A stretch of 64,000 nucleotides of DNA, from assembly GCA_039588295.1 (NCBI GenBank), contig JBDHAB010000001.1, positions 256,001 through 320,000 on the forward strand. The letters run 5' to 3'. The stretch comes from Gemmatimonadota bacterium. GTDB taxonomy: Bacteria > Gemmatimonadota > Gemmatimonadetes > Gemmatimonadales > GWC2-71-9. Made by a program: the position numbers and the translations under genes. Shown one piece after another: positions 1-10,255 of this stretch (its first letter is position 1; every line of letters begins with the position of its first letter). Below the pieces are notes generated by a model. The model saw nothing but the letters and a program-made list of their open reading frames with translations, did no database searches and had not been told where the DNA came from.

Positions 1-1
1 G

Positions 2-277
2 CGCTACGAGCACGACGTGCTCGTGCAACGCGACGGTTCTGTCGAGAAGCGCAAGAAGAAACTCTCCAGGCGCGTCTACGGGACCTCCCACACGGTATCG
101 CTGGACGAGACCAAGCACATCCGGACGCTTAGGTCTTACCGCTGGTCAAACTCCAGCCTTCACAGAACCGAGGCAGAAGTGACGAGGCTGGCTCTCTGCA
201 GAGAGGATTCCCACACCGTCGGGCGGTGCGCGCAGCGCCAACTTTGGTGCGGCGTCAGTCTGACGGTTGGAGGATGA
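2..277 (+). CDS. 3' end of a hypothetical protein entering from the left edge (uncertain)
   Basis: Frame is open from base 2 and early codons are GC3-rich. No recognisable motif; overlaps the glgB stop. Confidence 0.25.
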   Translation, partial: RYEHDVLVQRDGSVEKRKKKLSRRVYGTSHTVSLDETKHIRTLRSYRWSNSSLHRTEAEVTRLALCREDSHTVGRCAQRQLWCGVSLTVGG

Positions 278-2492
278 CCGCGCCCAACGGCGGCAGGCGG
301 AGACGGATGGACTGCGGTAGTCCGTGAAATGGCGCCGGATCCGTGACTGCCCACTCAACGGTATCGAAGCCGCTCCCGCCATACTCGGATCGATCGCTTG
401 AGAGCCGCTCGCGGTAGCGTCCCGGCCGCGGAACGCCGATCCGGTACTCGTCGCGCGGCACGGGGGTCAGGTTGAGCACCACGATCGCGTGAGCATCGCC
501 GTCACGCCGGATGTAGGACAGGATGCTGTTATCGAGGTCGCCACAATCGATCCACGAGAAGCCGTCCGGGTCGGGATCTCTCCGCCACAAACAGGTCAGC
601 TCTCGGTACAACGCGCCGAGATCAACGAGGAACCGCGACAGGCCGGCTCGGTTCGGATCGTCCATCAGGTGCCAATCGAGGCTGACGTCGTGATTCCACT
701 CACGATCCGACGCGAGTTCCGCGCCCATGAACAGCAGCTGTTTGCCCGGGCGGGTGTACTGGTACGTGTAAAGTGCGCGGAGATTTGCCAGCTTCTGCCA
801 CTGGTCGCCCGGCATGTTGCTGAAGAGCGAGCCTTTGCCGTGCACGACCTCGTCGTGTGACAACGGCATGATAAAGCGCTCACTGTACTCGTAGATCATC
901 GCGAACGAGAGTTGATCTTGGTGGTGGCTCCGATGCACCGGATCACGCTTGAAGTACTCAAGCGTGTCGTGCATCCAACCCATGTTCCACTTGAAGGTGA
1001 ATCCGAGACCACCTTCGGACGTCGGTTGCGTGACCCCGCTCCACGCAGTGGACTCTTCCGCCACCGTGAAGCACCCCGGTTGATCAGTCGCCACCGCGTC
1101 GTTCAGGGCCTTGAGGAACGCCACGGCCTCCAGGTTCTCGCGCCCGCCGAACTCGTTGGGGATCCACTGTCCCTCTTCGCGGCTGTAGTCAAGGTACAGC
1201 ATGGAAGCGACCGCATCGACGCGCAGCCCGTCGATGTGGAATTCGCTTAGCCAATACAGGGCGTTCGCGATGAGGAACCCCGTGACTTCCTTCCTGCCGT
1301 AGTTGAAGATGAGCGTACCCCAATCCGGGTGCTCGCCACGTCGCCAATCCTCATGTTCGTAGAGCGCCGAGCCGTCGAATCGGCGCAGCGCGAAGTCATC
1401 CTTCGGGAAATGCGCCGGGACCCAATCGAGAATCACACCGATATCGTGCCGGTGGCAGTAGTCCACAAAGAACCGGAAATCGTCTGACGTGCCGTAGCGC
1501 GAGGTCGGCGCGTAGTATCCGGAGACTTGATACCCCCACGATCCGGCGAACGGGTGTTCCATGATGGGGAGCAGCTCGATGTGGGTGAAGCCCAGTCGCG
1601 TCACGTGCTCGACCAGTTTCGGGGCGAGCTCCCGGTAGGTCAGGGGACGGTCATGCTCCTCCGGAACGCGTACCCACGACCCCACGTGCACTTCGTAGAT
1701 CGCCATGGGCTCCCGAGTGGGGTCCCGCTGCGCGCGTCGCTGCATCCACTCGTGATCACTCCACTGGAACGACGAAACCACTACGCGAGATGCGGTGCCG
1801 GGCGGCATCTCCATTGCGTTGCCATAGGGATCCGCTTTCCGCCGGATGTCTCCGTCGCGCGTCCTGATCTCGAACTTGTACAATGAACCCGGCCCTATGG
1901 CCGGCACGAACAGCTCGAAGATCCCAGAAGATCCGAGCGCGCGCATCGGGAGGATCCGCCCGTCCCAGCGGCAGAAGTCGCCCACCACGCTCACGCGACG
2001 GGCGCTCGGCGCCCACACGGCGAACGCCACCCCGTCCACGCCGTCGATCGTGCGCGCGTGCGCACCGAGACGAGTCCAGAGCTGGCGGTGCGTTCCCTCG
2101 TTGAAGAGGTGGAGGTCCATATCGCCGACGGTGGGGAGAAAACGATAGGGATCGTCGAACACCCATGTGTCCCCACTCGCGAAATGAAAGCGTAGTTGGT
2201 ACGCGATCGGTGGACTCACCCCGGCGAGAAAACCGGCGTAGAGGCCTCCCTCCCCCACCATTTCTAGCTCCACGGGCGCCCAGCCGCCGACCAGGCACCA
2301 CACGGCGGTGGCCTCGGGATGAAACGCCCGAATCACCGTCCCGCGCCGCCGCCCTACGGTGGCCGGATGGGCTCCGAGAACGGCATGCGGTTGCGTGTGC
2401 TCGCCCGCCACGAGCGCGCGCCGATCGGTCTCGGGCACGGCGAGCGGCGCAGGTCGAGAGGACCGTTTGGCTGCCTTTCCCGGTCGCTGCAT
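255..2492 (-). CDS. glgB: 1,4-alpha-glucan branching enzyme (GH13_9)
   Basis: Motifs FAVWAP, YEVHVGSW, SWGYQVSGYYAPTSRYG, GLRVDAVASMLY, AEEST, LSHDEVVHGK. Start moved to ATG 2492, which forms a TGATG overlap with the glgX stop. Confidence 0.97.
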   Translation of the reverse strand: MQRPGKAAKRSSRPAPLAVPETDRRALVAGEHTQPHAVLGAHPATVGRRRGTVIRAFHPEATAVWCLVGGWAPVELEMVGEGGLYAGFLAGVSPPIAYQLRFHFASGDTWVFDDPYRFLPTVGDMDLHLFNEGTHRQLWTRLGAHARTIDGVDGVAFAVWAPSARRVSVVGDFCRWDGRILPMRALGSSGIFELFVPAIGPGSLYKFEIRTRDGDIRRKADPYGNAMEMPPGTASRVVVSSFQWSDHEWMQRRAQRDPTREPMAIYEVHVGSWVRVPEEHDRPLTYRELAPKLVEHVTRLGFTHIELLPIMEHPFAGSWGYQVSGYYAPTSRYGTSDDFRFFVDYCHRHDIGVILDWVPAHFPKDDFALRRFDGSALYEHEDWRRGEHPDWGTLIFNYGRKEVTGFLIANALYWLSEFHIDGLRVDAVASMLYLDYSREEGQWIPNEFGGRENLEAVAFLKALNDAVATDQPGCFTVAEESTAWSGVTQPTSEGGLGFTFKWNMGWMHDTLEYFKRDPVHRSHHQDQLSFAMIYEYSERFIMPLSHDEVVHGKGSLFSNMPGDQWQKLANLRALYTYQYTRPGKQLLFMGAELASDREWNHDVSLDWHLMDDPNRAGLSRFLVDLGALYRELTCLWRRDPDPDGFSWIDCGDLDNSILSYIRRDGDAHAIVVLNLTPVPRDEYRIGVPRPGRYRERLSSDRSEYGGSGFDTVEWAVTDPAPFHGLPQSIRLRLPPLGAVILQPSD

Positions 2493-4684
2493 CACGCGCG
2501 CTCCGGGGGCCGCCTCGCGGACTCCCCTCTCCCAGACGTGCCCTGCACCCATTTCTCCGACCGGCTGCCGGGGCGCTGGTAACTCAGGAGCGCGAGGGAA
2601 TGGGGCAGAACCCGGACCCCTCGGCCACGCACGACCCGTGGCGGCGTTTGCCGAGCGGTGTGCACCAAGAAATGCCAATCGCCCGGACCATTCATCTCGG
2701 GGAGGGTGAAGACGCGCGCGCGCGCGCCAGCGTTCATGAGCAGCAGCACGGTGTCGCCCTGAATGAGACGTCCTCGCTCGTCCATCTCGTCGGTTGCCTC
2801 ACCGTGCAGCAGCATCCCCAGCACGCGATGCTTCGGGCTCCGCCAGTCAGGCTCCGTCATTTCCCCGCCCTCGGGCCTGAGCCAAGTTACGTCTCGCACT
2901 CCGCCGCTCGACGCGGGGCCGCCGCTGAAGAAGCTCCGTCGGAGAAACACGGGATTCGCCAGCCGCAGCGCGAACACCCTCCGCGTGAACGCCAATAGCT
3001 CACGGGCCTCCGCATCCAGGTCCCAATCCACCCACGTGATGTCGTTGTCCTGGCAGTACGCGTTGTTGTTCCCACGTTGTGTCCGTCCCAGTTCATCGCC
3101 GTGGGACAGCATCGGAACGCCTTGGGAAAAGGCCAGCGTCGCAAGGAAGTTGCGTTTCAGCTGCTCACGGATCCGCACGACCGGCAGAGATCCTGTGGTA
3201 CCCTCTACGCCCCAGTTTGCGCTCCAGTTCGCATCCGTTCCGTCCCGGTTGTCGTCCCCGTTTGCTTCGTTGTGTTTCTGCGCATAGCTCACGACATCCT
3301 GTAGCGTGAAGCCATCGTGGCAGGTCACGAAGTTGACGCTCGCGTGGGGACTCCGCCCACGATGATTGTACAGATCGCTGCTGCCGGCCAGCCGATAGCC
3401 GAGATCGGCGAGTTGCCCGTCGTCTCCGCGCCAGAACTGACGGACGGTGTCACGGTACTTGCCGTTCCACTCTGCCCATCCGCCCGGGAAGTTCCCCACT
3501 TGATAGCCTCCCGGACCGACGTCCCACGGTTCCGCGATGAGCTTGACCTGCGACAGCACGGGATCCTGTTGGATGAAATCGAAGAACCCCTGCAACCGAT
3601 CGAGCTCGTAGAGCTCGCGTGCCAGGGCCGGTGCCAGATCGAACCGGAAGCCGTCGACATGCATCTCCTGCACCCAATACCGGAGGCTGTCCATCATCAA
3701 TTGCATGGCCCGGGCGTTCTGCATGTTGAGCGTATTGCCGGTGCCGGTGAAATCGAGATACTCTCGGGGGTTGTTAGGATCGAGACCGTAGAACGACACG
3801 TTGTCGACGCCTCGCAGGAACAACGTGGGCCCGAGCCGATTGCCTTCCGCCGTGTGATTGTACACGGCATCCAGGATCACCTCGATGCCCGAGCCATGGA
3901 GCACCTTCACCATCGTCTTGAATTCCGCAACCTGTTGCCCCAGTCCGCCCGTGGCATACCGCACATCGGGTGCGAAGAACCCGACGGTGTTGTACCCCCA
4001 GTAATTGCGGAGGCCCATCTCCGCGAGGTGATGCTCGGTCACGTGATGATGCACCGGCAGCAGTTCGAGCGTCGTAACGCCCAACTTCGTCAAATGCTCT
4101 ACGATGGGGTCGGACGCCAGTCCGAGATACGTCCCTCGCAGCCGATCCGGCACGCCCGGATGGCTCATGGTCATGCCTTTGACGTGGCACTCGTAGATGA
4201 TCGTGTGGTTCCACGGGACCCGAGGCGGTCGATCGTCACCCCAGGTGTACGCGGTGTCGACCACAACGCACTTTGGAACGAAGGGGGCGCTGTCCCGAGG
4301 ATCGAGTGACGCATCTTGGTTAGGATCGCCAACCGTGTAGCCGAACACGGCGTTATCCCAGCGGAGGTCCCCATTGATCGCCTTCGCGTAGGGATCGATC
4401 AGCAGCTTCGCAGGATTGAACCGATGACCCCGCTGCGGTTCGTACGGGCCCGACACGCGGTAGGCATAGAGCTGACCGGGACGCGCATCGGCCAGATAGA
4501 CGTGCCAGACCATGTTGGTGCGCTGCGACATCGAGATGCGCTCGACCTCCGAATCGTCGTCCCGGTTCTCGAACAGGCACAACTGGACGTCGGTCGCGTG
4601 CTCCGAGAAGACCGCGAAATTGACCCCCTCGCCATCCCACGTCGCGCCCAATGGATACGGACCGCCCGGCCGGATCCTGGTCAC
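2492..4684 (-). CDS. glgX: Glycogen debranching enzyme/isoamylase
   Basis: PYPLGATWDG, NYWGYN, DGFRFDLA, IAEPWD, NFVTCHDGFTL. Start set at GTG 4684, just before the conserved N-terminus. Confidence 0.96.
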   Translation of the reverse strand: MTRIRPGGPYPLGATWDGEGVNFAVFSEHATDVQLCLFENRDDDSEVERISMSQRTNMVWHVYLADARPGQLYAYRVSGPYEPQRGHRFNPAKLLIDPYAKAINGDLRWDNAVFGYTVGDPNQDASLDPRDSAPFVPKCVVVDTAYTWGDDRPPRVPWNHTIIYECHVKGMTMSHPGVPDRLRGTYLGLASDPIVEHLTKLGVTTLELLPVHHHVTEHHLAEMGLRNYWGYNTVGFFAPDVRYATGGLGQQVAEFKTMVKVLHGSGIEVILDAVYNHTAEGNRLGPTLFLRGVDNVSFYGLDPNNPREYLDFTGTGNTLNMQNARAMQLMMDSLRYWVQEMHVDGFRFDLAPALARELYELDRLQGFFDFIQQDPVLSQVKLIAEPWDVGPGGYQVGNFPGGWAEWNGKYRDTVRQFWRGDDGQLADLGYRLAGSSDLYNHRGRSPHASVNFVTCHDGFTLQDVVSYAQKHNEANGDDNRDGTDANWSANWGVEGTTGSLPVVRIREQLKRNFLATLAFSQGVPMLSHGDELGRTQRGNNNAYCQDNDITWVDWDLDAEARELLAFTRRVFALRLANPVFLRRSFFSGGPASSGGVRDVTWLRPEGGEMTEPDWRSPKHRVLGMLLHGEATDEMDERGRLIQGDTVLLLMNAGARARVFTLPEMNGPGDWHFLVHTARQTPPRVVRGRGVRVLPHSLALLSYQRPGSRSEKWVQGTSGRGESARRPPERA

Positions 4685-4877
4685 AGGCCAGCTCTCACTG
4701 GAGCGGGGGCTCCGGGCATCGGCGCCGTGATGGAGAGCCACGAGCCGCTCCTTGACGACACGCCCTCCGGTCCGAGATGGCCCGGGAGTCGATCGAGCCG
4801 TGGGGTACACACGGTGAACCACCGGCTTCCGTCGTCGCGCACCGTCGCGCCCTGATCGAGTGTCCGGGCCATCGCCC

Positions 4878-7800
4878 TCACGATCCCGGATCGCGATCGA
4901 CGAGCTGCGCGATGCCACGGAGCGGAATGCGCACCCAGTCAGGGCGGTTGTTGAGCTCGTACGCGAGTTCGTACAGCGCTTTGTCGAGCAGATGGGTGTC
5001 GAGCAGGACGCGCCGCTCATCCGCCGTCTTGGGAAGGAAGGCCGCACTACCCGCCGTCTCCACGTATGCCTGCAGAAACGCGGTGCCAACCCACGCGCAC
5101 CAATATCCCGCCCACTGCTCCAGCGACGCCATATCCTCGGACCGCACTCGGCCGGAGAGCAATGCCGACACCGACGCGTAGTGGAAGGAACGGAGCATGC
5201 CCGCGACGTCTCTCAAGGGGGAGCGCTTGAGGCGCCGCTCACCGAGTGGCCGCGCCGGCTCCCCCTCGAAGTCCAGAATCACGAAATCGCGTCCGGTGTA
5301 GAGGACTTGCCCAAGGTGATAGTCGCCGTGGCACCGAGTCCGTACCGCCTTGATCTTGCGATCCAACAGCGACCGGAGCCGCCGAGAGATCTCGGCACGG
5401 GCGTTCAGCACCTCGCGCGCCAGCGCGCGCTCCTCCTTCGGGACGTGCCGGAGCCGTTTGTCGAGCACACTGAGCGACTGCTCCGCCCGGGAACGTACGG
5501 ACTGATACAACGAGCGTTGATACATCGTGCTGAACGCTTCCGGCGCAAATGCTGGATCGTCGGTTCGCGAGGCGAGGGCGAGGTGTAACGACGCAGTCCG
5601 GTCCCCCAACATGCGCGCCGACTCCAGGTACAGCCCAATGCGGTCCCGTGCCGCGGGAGGGATCTCGTCACTGAGTCGTTCGACGATGTGAGTGCGGGGG
5701 GTTGCCTCGGTTTCCCCGGCCCGAGCACGCGCGGCGACCTGTTCGAAATACCGCCCGAGCGCATCGAGCGTGTACTGCCATGCGTCTCCCTCGTTCGGCA
5801 CAAACCGATGAATGATGCCCAGCGTCACGGGCTCGCCACGAGACCGGCGGTACTCGAAGCCGCCTGCCACCGGCGCCATGTCCTTGTACGCCGTCCGTTC
5901 GGTGAGGAACCGGCCAATTTCGAGATCCGGGTTCACACCGGCGTCCACGCGACGCAACACCTTCATGATCAAGCGATCGCCGAAGGTGCAGGACGTGTTA
6001 CTCTGCTCCGCCCCAAGGACCTCCGCCTGCAGGGTCTCACTCGCCTCGCGGACCTGTGCCTGAAAGCCCCGGGTCGTGAAGCCGGCCACTTCGCCGTGCG
6101 TCCCCTTGAGTCGTCGCTTGCGTCCTCCAAGCGCTGCCAGACTCGCCGCGAACCGCGGCTCGTACAGCGCGTCGTACAACAGGCCTGTTCGGTCTCCGTC
6201 TGGCGATCGCTCCGTGACCTGCGCGATCACCGCCTGCGGATGGGCCTCGGACACCTCCGTTGCCTGGTCGTCCACCGCGAGCCCCAGCGGCAGGAGATAC
6301 GTCTCCGGATCCCCGTCGGCATACGTCACCTCCACAAACACTAAATGGGCCGCGGTGTCACGCGTCGGTACGGCAACTGCCTCGGCGATGCGGACCGACA
6401 AGACTTGCCGCGCTTTGCCGCCGAACCACCGGCACGTCTTCAGATATCCAGGTAACATCCGCTCCAGCAGCTTTGCCTGCTTGCCGGAGAGGAGCGCGTG
6501 CCAGGGCCCGTCGACTGACACGTGCCGCTGGGACACCGATGTCACCACGGCCGGTTCCTCTGCTGCGGTGGCGGGTTGGAGATCGAGCCAATAGAACGCG
6601 TGCGGGCTGAGGGTGACGAAGTAGGGCGACTCGCCGATGAACGGGAACCGCATGCCACCAAACATCTCTACGGGTACCATCCCGCGATGCTTGGCCAGAT
6701 CTAGCTCGACGCACTGGACGAAGCGCGACAGATTCGCCACGATCAACACGCGCGCGTCCTGGTACTCGCGCACGAAGGCGAGAATCTTGTGATTGTCCGG
6801 CTGAAGAAACTCGATCGTGCCGCGCCCAAACACCGCCGACTCCTTCCGGAGTGCCAGCAGCCGCTTCATGTACCAGAGGAGTGAGTTCGCGTTGCCTTGT
6901 TGTGCCTCGACATTCAGTGCCTCGTAGTGGTACTCTGGATCGATGATGACCGGCAGATAGAGCTGCTGGGGGTTGCTGCGCGAGAAACCCGCATTGCGAT
7001 CGGCACTCCACTGCATTGGTGTGCGGACGCCGTTCCGATCACCAAGATAGATGTTGTCACCCATCCCGATCTCGTCACCATAGTAGATCGCCGGCGTTCC
7101 GGGCAGCGAGAGCAGCAGGCTGTTCATGAGTTCGATGCGCCGGCGGTTGCGGCCCATGAGCGGCGCCAGGCGGCGACGAATCCCCAGGTTCACACGAGCA
7201 CGAGGATCTTGGGCGTAGACACGGTACATGTAGTCCCGGTCCTCGTCGGTTACCATCTCCAGTGTCAGTTCGTCGTGGTTGCGAAGGAAGATGGCCCACT
7301 GAGTGCTGTCGGGGATTGGCGGGGTTTGGTTTAGGATGTCGACAATCGGGAAGCGATCCTCCATCTGGATGCCCATGAAGAGGCGCGGCATGACGGGGAA
7401 ATGAAACGCCATGTGGCATTCGTCACCCTCCCCAAAGTACGCAACCGCATCCTCGGGCCATTGGTTTGCCTCTGCGAGCAGCATCCGATCGCCGTATTTG
7501 TCGTCGACGCGCTTCCGTAGCTGCTTCAAGAACGCATGCGTCTCCGGCAGATTCTCGCAATTGGTTCCTTCCCGTTCGTACAAATACGGCACCGCGTCGA
7601 GTCTCAAGCCGTCCACACCCATCCCAAACCAGAAATCCACGAGCTGGAACACTGCTCGGCGCACCGCCGGGCTATCGAAATTGAGATCCGGTTGGTGAGA
7701 ATAGAACCGATGCCAAAAGTAGGCGTGCGCAACCGGATCCCACACCCAGTTGGAGTGCTCGAAATCCTTGAAAATGATCCGCGCCTCGGCGTACTTGTCG

Positions 7801-8204
7801 GGCGAGTCGCTCCATACATAGAAGTCGCGGTGCCGGCTGCCCGGCCGGGCGCGCCGCGCCCGTTGGAACCAGGGGTGCTGATCGGACGTGTGGTTGATCA
7901 CGAGTTCCGTGATGACGCGAATCTCGCGCCGGTGCGCCTCCTTCAGAAACGCCTTGAAGTCGCGCAACGTGCCGTAGTCGGGATGGATATCTCGGTAGTC
8001 AGCGATGTCATAACCATCGTCGCGCAGCGGCGAGGGATAGAACGGCTGCAGCCAGACGGCCGTGACTCCAAGATCTTCGATGTAGTCGAGCTTCGACGTG
8101 AGCCCGCGGAAATCGCCAATGCCGTCACCGTTACTGTCCTGAAACGCGCGGACGTGAATCTGATAGATGGTGGCGTCCTTGTACCAGTCCGAACCGGAGG
8201 TCAC
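4878..8204 (-). CDS. treS: Trehalose synthase TreS fused to maltokinase (Pep2/Mak)
   Basis: N-terminal TreS motifs DGLRLDAVPYL, AEANQW, FLRNHDELTLE. C-terminal maltokinase motifs RWFGGK, AEQSNTS, HGDYHLGQ, DFEGEP, RDVAGMLRSF. Confidence 0.96.
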   Translation of the reverse strand: MTSGSDWYKDATIYQIHVRAFQDSNGDGIGDFRGLTSKLDYIEDLGVTAVWLQPFYPSPLRDDGYDIADYRDIHPDYGTLRDFKAFLKEAHRREIRVITELVINHTSDQHPWFQRARRARPGSRHRDFYVWSDSPDKYAEARIIFKDFEHSNWVWDPVAHAYFWHRFYSHQPDLNFDSPAVRRAVFQLVDFWFGMGVDGLRLDAVPYLYEREGTNCENLPETHAFLKQLRKRVDDKYGDRMLLAEANQWPEDAVAYFGEGDECHMAFHFPVMPRLFMGIQMEDRFPIVDILNQTPPIPDSTQWAIFLRNHDELTLEMVTDEDRDYMYRVYAQDPRARVNLGIRRRLAPLMGRNRRRIELMNSLLLSLPGTPAIYYGDEIGMGDNIYLGDRNGVRTPMQWSADRNAGFSRSNPQQLYLPVIIDPEYHYEALNVEAQQGNANSLLWYMKRLLALRKESAVFGRGTIEFLQPDNHKILAFVREYQDARVLIVANLSRFVQCVELDLAKHRGMVPVEMFGGMRFPFIGESPYFVTLSPHAFYWLDLQPATAAEEPAVVTSVSQRHVSVDGPWHALLSGKQAKLLERMLPGYLKTCRWFGGKARQVLSVRIAEAVAVPTRDTAAHLVFVEVTYADGDPETYLLPLGLAVDDQATEVSEAHPQAVIAQVTERSPDGDRTGLLYDALYEPRFAASLAALGGRKRRLKGTHGEVAGFTTRGFQAQVREASETLQAEVLGAEQSNTSCTFGDRLIMKVLRRVDAGVNPDLEIGRFLTERTAYKDMAPVAGGFEYRRSRGEPVTLGIIHRFVPNEGDAWQYTLDALGRYFEQVAARARAGETEATPRTHIVERLSDEIPPAARDRIGLYLESARMLGDRTASLHLALASRTDDPAFAPEAFSTMYQRSLYQSVRSRAEQSLSVLDKRLRHVPKEERALAREVLNARAEISRRLRSLLDRKIKAVRTRCHGDYHLGQVLYTGRDFVILDFEGEPARPLGERRLKRSPLRDVAGMLRSFHYASVSALLSGRVRSEDMASLEQWAGYWCAWVGTAFLQAYVETAGSAAFLPKTADERRVLLDTHLLDKALYELAYELNNRPDWVRIPLRGIAQLVDRDPGS

Positions 8205-8217
8205 GCTGACTCCTCGC

Positions 8218-10176
8218 TCAGCGCACCACGCGCATGACGTGGCCGACGTGCTGGGCCGGATCTAAGCCGACATGGATCCACTCACCGCTCCACGAGTGCC
8301 GCTCCCCCGTCAGGAGGTCGTCGACCGCGTACGGCGCATCGGCTGGCAGGCCCCACTGCTGCATCGGGACCTGCACGCGCCCGGCCTGGGCCGCCTGTGG
8401 ATCGAGATTCACGACGACGAACAAATCGTTGCCCCATGCAGACCGGCTGTAACACAGCAACCGCTCGTTCTCGCTGCCGTGAAACGCCAAGCCCTCCTGA
8501 CGCTGTAGCGCGGGATTCTCCCGCCGCAGCCGATTGATCAGCTTCAGGTCGTCGTTGATGTTGCCGGGAGCGTCCCAGTCCCGCACACGTATCTCGTACT
8601 TCTCGGAGTTCAGGTATTCCTCGCTTCTCGGTTCGCGCGGTTCGTTCTCGCACAGCTCGAAGCCACTGTAGATGCCGTACGCCGGTGAAAGTGTTGCGGC
8701 CAACAGGAGCCGTACCCGGAAGGCGGGGCGGCCGCCCCGCTGCAAGTACTCGTGCAGGATATCGGGGGTGTTGGCGAACAGGTTGCCGCGAAAGTACTCG
8801 ATCAGCGGGGCTCGACTCAGCTCCGTGAAGTACTCACGCAGCTCGTGAGACGTGTTCTTCCACGTGAAGTGGGTGTACGACTGCGTGAAGCCCAGCTTGG
8901 CCAGTTGGAACATGCGCTTGGGCCGAGTGAATGCTTCGGCGAGAAACACGACGTCCGGGTGCTCGCGTTGCACGCTGTCGATGATCCATTCCCAGAACAC
9001 GAACGGCTTGGTATGCGGGTTGTCGACGCGAAAGGTCCGCACGCCTCGCGCGATCCAGAAGTCGAAAATCTCCTTGCAGGCGTTCCACAGGCCTTGCCGA
9101 TCCTCACACCAGAAGTCCAGCGGATAGATGTCATGGTATTTCTTGGGGGGATTCTCCGCATACTTGATCGAGCCGTCAGGACGGTGCACGAACCACTCGG
9201 GATGCTCCTGGACCCATGGGTGGTCGGGCGAGCACTGCAAAGCGTAGTCGAGAGCCACTTCCATGCCGAGCGCCTCGGCAGCGCGCGCGAAACACTCGAA
9301 ATCCGCCACCGTGCCGAGCTGCGGCTCGACGGCCATGTGCCCGCCGTGGTCGCTCCCGATCGCCCACGGGCTGCCGGGATCACCCGGCTTCGCGACGAGG
9401 GCGTTGTTGCGGCCCTTGCGGAACGTCTGCCCAACCGGATGAATCGGCGGCAGATACACGACATCGAAGCCGAGATCGGCAATACGCGACAGTTCGCGCT
9501 CGGCCTCCTTGAACGTCCCGTGCTTGCCGGGGGCGCCGCTCTGCGATCTGGGAAACATCTCGTACCACGCGGCGGTCCGAGCACGTTCCCGGTCGACCAC
9601 GATGCTGAACTCCACGTCGCTCGACGTGACCTGTGCTTCATCGACGTAACCCGTCATGAGCGCGCGAACCTCCGGATCGAGACCCTCCGCGATCCGAGCT
9701 TCGGAATCTCCCGATGCGTCCTCGAGGATCGTTGCCGTCCGATGCAGTCGCTCGGCGGCTTCACCCCGGGCCCGGCTGGCGGCCCCCTCGACGATCGATG
9801 CTCCTTCGGTTAGCTCGACGGACACATCGAGGCCCGCGTGAACTTTCTTTTCCAAGCCGGCTCGCCAGGTGTCGAATACGTCCGTCCACGCATCGACCGC
9901 GAAGGTCCACCTACCGACCCGATCGAGCACGAACTCACCGTGCCACCGGTCGGTGTCGTGATCGTATGTCATCTGAATCCGGTGCCAGCGTCGGTCGCTG
10001 GGACCACGCACGCGTATCCGTGCGGCAATGTGGTCGTGTCCCTCCTTGAAGATGTCCGCACCGACATGGCAGAGGTCGCCCACGGATCGTTTGGCAGCAT
10101 GCCGCCCGCCATCGACGGACGGGGTCACATGCTCAATGACGAACATCGGCAGTGCTACCGGTGAGTTGGGGGTCAC
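8218..10176 (-). CDS. glgE: Alpha-1,4-glucan:maltose-1-phosphate maltosyltransferase
   Basis: WYEMFPRS, YLPPIHP, GSPWAIG, QCSPDHPW, YAENPPKKY, FRVDNPHTKP, FLAEAFT, NTPDIL. Confidence 0.96.
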   Translation of the reverse strand: MTPNSPVALPMFVIEHVTPSVDGGRHAAKRSVGDLCHVGADIFKEGHDHIAARIRVRGPSDRRWHRIQMTYDHDTDRWHGEFVLDRVGRWTFAVDAWTDVFDTWRAGLEKKVHAGLDVSVELTEGASIVEGAASRARGEAAERLHRTATILEDASGDSEARIAEGLDPEVRALMTGYVDEAQVTSSDVEFSIVVDRERARTAAWYEMFPRSQSGAPGKHGTFKEAERELSRIADLGFDVVYLPPIHPVGQTFRKGRNNALVAKPGDPGSPWAIGSDHGGHMAVEPQLGTVADFECFARAAEALGMEVALDYALQCSPDHPWVQEHPEWFVHRPDGSIKYAENPPKKYHDIYPLDFWCEDRQGLWNACKEIFDFWIARGVRTFRVDNPHTKPFVFWEWIIDSVQREHPDVVFLAEAFTRPKRMFQLAKLGFTQSYTHFTWKNTSHELREYFTELSRAPLIEYFRGNLFANTPDILHEYLQRGGRPAFRVRLLLAATLSPAYGIYSGFELCENEPREPRSEEYLNSEKYEIRVRDWDAPGNINDDLKLINRLRRENPALQRQEGLAFHGSENERLLCYSRSAWGNDLFVVVNLDPQAAQAGRVQVPMQQWGLPADAPYAVDDLLTGERHSWSGEWIHVGLDPAQHVGHVMRVVR

Positions 10177-10255
10177 GCACGCATCCGCCTCCCGAGAGTA
10201 CGATGGACAGCCGCCTGGGCGTCCGGGTCGACAACCCGCTGACCGCGAGGTAGGC

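Noticed and set aside
2493..2678. N-terminal extensions in the ORF track (glgB, glgX to 5089, 24165, 28374, 40702, 45104, 49559)
   Set aside because: They overlap neighbouring genes or promoters. Downstream starts with SD or coupling fit the family N-termini better.
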